Shown here: piece by piece, positions 59,801 through 64,000 of the stretch
How the letters are laid out: every line of letters starts with the position of its first letter
Numbering within the stretch: position 1 is the first letter of the stretch
NCBI RefSeq assembly: GCF_009914755.1
Contig: NC_060936.1
Strand: one strand, 5' to 3'
DNA length: 64,000 bases
Source: the human T2T-CHM13v2.0 reference genome, Homo sapiens
Made by a program: the position numbers and the translations under genes
The notes under the pieces: generated by a model
What the model was told of the DNA's origin: nothing
What the model saw: only the letters and a program-made list of their open reading frames with translations
Database searches by the model: none

Positions 59801-62800
59801 ATTTTTATATGGTATTTAAATCTATAGCTGTGTATTGGAGAGACTTATTTTTCGGTTGTTTTATATTTTTTTTGGAGAGAAGCCTAAATTACTGTTGTAT
59901 ACATGAATCCTTTAGTAATAATTCTTTTTTTAAAACTTTAATTATACCCCATCTTCTTGCAATAAGATTATTTAAAAGAACTTTCAATAAAAAGATAAAA
60001 AGGCTATGTGTGGTTTGGGCAAGATCCTAGCAAATGTTGGAAAGGCAGGATAAGGAATAAGAACAGATTTCAATTCAAAGAGTATCCAGCTGTGAGTCAG
60101 AAAACACTATAGTATACACTGAGGGCCTGACAAGTGGGTGAATGGAGTTAGGAGTCAAAGTGGGAATTTTGGAGGTCAGGACCCTGTCCATTCATTCATA
60201 ATCTTTGAAAAGCCATACCCAGGGTCTGGCTTAGACATTTCTGTACTAGTGCCAAACAACCAAAATACAAAAGAGGGAAGAGGAAAGACAGGACATAGAT
60301 AGTAAGTATGCCCAAGCTCACATCTAAGTTACTTGGCTGTCTCACCAAAGATAAACAATGAATTGTATAGCTCTAACCATCTGATATAAAATTATGCAGG
60401 ATCTGAGAAGAGACAAGCTTTGTCCTAGTTTTGTACCATGAGAATAAATTTTGCCAGATTTTTAGAGTTCATTTTAATACCTTTGGAAAAAATGGGCATG
60501 GAGAATGTAAATATTATGAAGGAGATAATGGGGAAAACTGTGCTTATTTAAGTTTCTGACATTTTACTAGGAATAAATATATCTCAAGAAAGCAGATGCT
60601 CATTCTATTTATACATCATCATAATTACTAAATATCCATTTATTCAATAAATTTCAGTTGAGCATCTGTGTCTCATGCCCTGTAAGTGGGCCATGAGCAT
60701 GTTCCTACATTCATGGATGGTTACATGATGTGATTACAAAGGAGATCAAAGGAACCTACTTTAAATATGACACAATACAGGACCTCTCTGAGGAGATGAG
60801 GTTTTGGATAAGACCTGAAAGATGAGAAAGTGCAGGGTATGCTGAGTACTGAGAAAAGAATTATAGGCAGAAGAAACAAGGAAAGGTTGCCATCTTCAAA
60901 AAACAAACAAACAAACAAGCAAAAAACAGCAAATAGCTCATGTTGCTCAATTTATTAAGTCAGATAGTGTCCTGAGATGAGGTTGGAGAGCAAGCAGGTG
61001 CCAAATATATATGGCATTATATGTCAAGTATGGCTTTTTAATTTTATTCTAATTATAATTTCATCTATCTACCTACATACATATCTACTGGCTGCTGTGT
61101 GGAAAATGGATTGGAAAAAGGGTAAAAGAAGAAACATCAAATGTTAAACTTAGCATTTATATATTATGCATAAGGAAGAAATTTATGAAAATGTATCATT
61201 TGGTTTACAGATGTGTTTTTCATATTGTAACTCAATGAAGTATTCCTGAATACAGATCACAACTGAGTCATGATTGCTTGCAGCTAAATATGCAAACCAT
61301 CAAATTATCCAAATGTGTTTATGTCTTCTCTAAACTCTCAACTTGCATTTACCTAACCTCAGGCCAGTAATCCAGCTGATGAGTTGGTCATAATTCAAGC
61401 TGACACAATCAATCCAAATTAGTCATGATCTCTGTCATGAAGAAATGTGGAATAAGGGCAGTGGGGCATAACTGATGTTCTCTCCACTGAGGATGAATTA
61501 TTGTAAATGTCTATAAATAATAACACAATATTTTAGATTTCTTTAGTCCTGTATTTATGTAGTTATTTTACTTTATTATGTGGGTCAAATTTAAATCCAA
61601 ACAAACTGTCAAAAACTGTTTAATATTTTATGCTGAAGGTAGGGCTAATAATTCATTTTCTAAGTTTGATTGATTAGAAAAGGGAGAAAATATTTGCAGA
61701 ATAAAATCAATTAAAATAATTAAGGCTCAGTAACATTTTCCTAAGGAGACTGGATTTCAAGGAATAAGTGAACATAATAATACCTAAACTGTAATGTAAA
61801 GAGAAAGTAGGATCCAAATCCATCCCAGATCTAAATCTTGAGTGACTAGTAATCAAATTCAGTGATGTCAACAACCAACGCATGACACGATTTCATTCAT
61901 TTGTATGAGTAACACAACAGTCAGTACTTCCAAGTTCTTTTTCTTCAATGTGTATATTTTGAATTCTTAAACAGAGACGTTTAAAAGAATTAAGAGCAAG
62001 TATGGGCAAATAGGTTCTTCCTTTATGACATTCAGTTCTATAAAAGGACAGAAGACAAGTAAATGCACATTTGAAGGACTTTAGAAACTATTTTATCTAC
62101 TGCTTGGACAAGCTAATGAATTCTCTAGAGCAAGAGTATGGCAGGTTAATTTATTTCCCATTGACCCAGCAACTAATGTATATAATATTATGGAAACCTT
62201 TGTTTATTGCCATGGCAGTGCTAAGTAGGAGGAATTATCCTGAGGTTTGAATGTTCAGTACTTTTTCGACATTCTCTGAAATATTTGACATGTATTTCTG
62301 CAGAGGTCTTCTCTCTTGTTACGAGAAACTTATTTTGTTTAATTAAAAACTAAGAAAACATAGACACAACAGCAAATTAGCAAGTATGAATGGTAATTTA
62401 TAATCCACGGTTAAATTTCATCATGATAGTAGTATAGAAAACAATGCCTTTCTGAACACCACATTTTGCATATTAAAGAATAGTAGAATTAGCAGATAGT
62501 TCTCATAAACCACAATCAAATAATTAAAGAATTAGTCTAGGATATACAAATGGTTTCACCCTCAATGTCACCTTTTATGCTTTCTATTTTTTGTTTCAGT
62601 GCAAATTCATTAACCTACTCCTTTTGATGCCTGTCCTTCTGTGAAAAGATTCTTTATGCTGAGTGTTCTTCACTTATCACAATATGTGAAGGAAGAGACC
62701 ACAACTTTCTTCAATCTTTTCAGTTTTCTTCTACCTATTTCTTAGTTTCCCTAAATATCTAAGCATTCTCTGTTCTAAATAATCATGTTCAAGTGCTTTC

Positions 62801-62889
62801 ATTTTCTTGAACATGTCTTTCTATCACATCTGTGTTATCATTTATATTTTTTTCTTCCCTACCTTGTCCATATGGTAAGTATGAACTCA

Positions 62890-63421
62890 TGTAGGAAATC
62901 AGTCAAGGTGGTGGGAGAAATTATAGGAGAAACACAAACCGTCTTGGAAAGCCAAGGTTTTGGAAAAGCTTCGAAAGATAATTTGGCTGAAGGCAGCCAA
63001 ATTCTCTTATCCGGAGCCTGAGAGCAAAAGGTAGATAACAAGGAAGTGTAAACGAATTGATCTAGATAAGTTAGTTTACTTAGGCCTCGGGACCTGGCCT
63101 TTAATCATCTGCGTGCAGGACTGCTCTCTCTGGGGCGGGGCGGGGCAGGGCCGGGGGTAGGCGGTGTGGGGGGTGAGTGGGCAGCGACCATGTTAATTAC
63201 CACAAGAAGTGTGGACTCAAAGCCTTTGTCATTAAATCTGTACTAAATAAATGCCTGCAGTGCCAACTTGTCCTGGCTGTGGCTGCTGTGACTCTTTATG
63301 GCACCCTCCTCCGTGTCTGTGAGCAGCCCAGTCCCCTTGCCATGCAGCCAGGCAAAAAGCCTCTGTCTGCATACTTTTTTTAATCCGTCACTTGCCCGGG
63401 GTCTGCCAGTCAGACCCAGCA
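62890..63421 (+). mobile_element. Solo ERVK-class LTR (LTR22/HML-5-like)
   Basis: TG...CA termini, 6-bp TSD aactca at 62884-62889 and 63422-63427, internal aataaa; subfamily from memory. Confidence 0.8.
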
Positions 63422-64000
63422 AACTCACCTGTCATTGCTTGTGTTCCACAAGCCCTTTCTCATGAGAATGCCTAACTACTGGAAAAGAAATATTACTTAT
63501 CAAGAATCTCTGCTTCATCCTGGACACAGATGACTGGATCAGAGTAAATAACTGGTTCAGCTATGGCTCCTCAGATTCTCTTTCCCAGGAATTTGGATTT
63601 GGGATACTGAGGGGCTATACAAAACACTTTCAGGAAGTGCAAAAGCAGATACTGTACTGAACGAGACAAACCAATGGTGGTGATGGGAATGAAAAAACCA
63701 TACAACAGGGGGCATAAGTGACAGTAGCAAACCAAGGACACATGAACACAGAAATAATAGGAAAGCAGGAACTAAGAGTATTAGAGAAGAGAAATAAGTC
63801 TGGAAAGAAGCAGAATTGAGAGACCATGGTTTCCTATGGGAAAGAGTCACAGAGAGAATAAACCCACAAATGTGCCATTTTCAAGAGCCCAAGCTGTTTT
63901 ATTCCTGCAAAGAGAGAGATTTCCTTCCAATCTTTTTACTGGATTTTATTTTTCAGTTTGAGCTAATTGAAGGAGTTTTCTTTGACAGCCCTCTCTCTCC

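Overview
Primate (almost certainly human) genomic DNA containing Alu, L1PA, THE1 and LTR22 repeats. Bases 1-44.5 kb on the + strand are the 3' part of MUC19 (gel-forming mucin 19, related to porcine/bovine submaxillary mucin). About 65 small Gly/Thr/Ser-rich PTS exons are all phase 1-1 and multiples of 3 nt. The first ~18.5 kb of them form about four diverged tandem genomic units of ~4.7-4.9 kb. They are followed by the VWC and cystine-knot (CTCK) exons, the stop codon at 44377-44379 and poly(A) signals. The remaining ~19.5 kb is repeat-rich intergenic DNA. The ORF track mostly shows artefacts, so the gene was reconstructed by hand from splice sites. Notable points: (1) a frame-symmetric micro-exon array in which exons are gained and lost by many mechanisms, including a precise exon deletion, an L1-associated deletion, Alu disruption, splice-site loss and a hairpin over an acceptor; (2) lesions at the non-skippable C-terminal exons, namely a GG acceptor, a Cys-to-Gly change in the VWC domain, a weak GC donor, a candidate 7-nt poison exon and an AG|GTAAG recursive-type site; (3) an L1-U6-L1 chimera and an orphan poly(A) retro-insertion.
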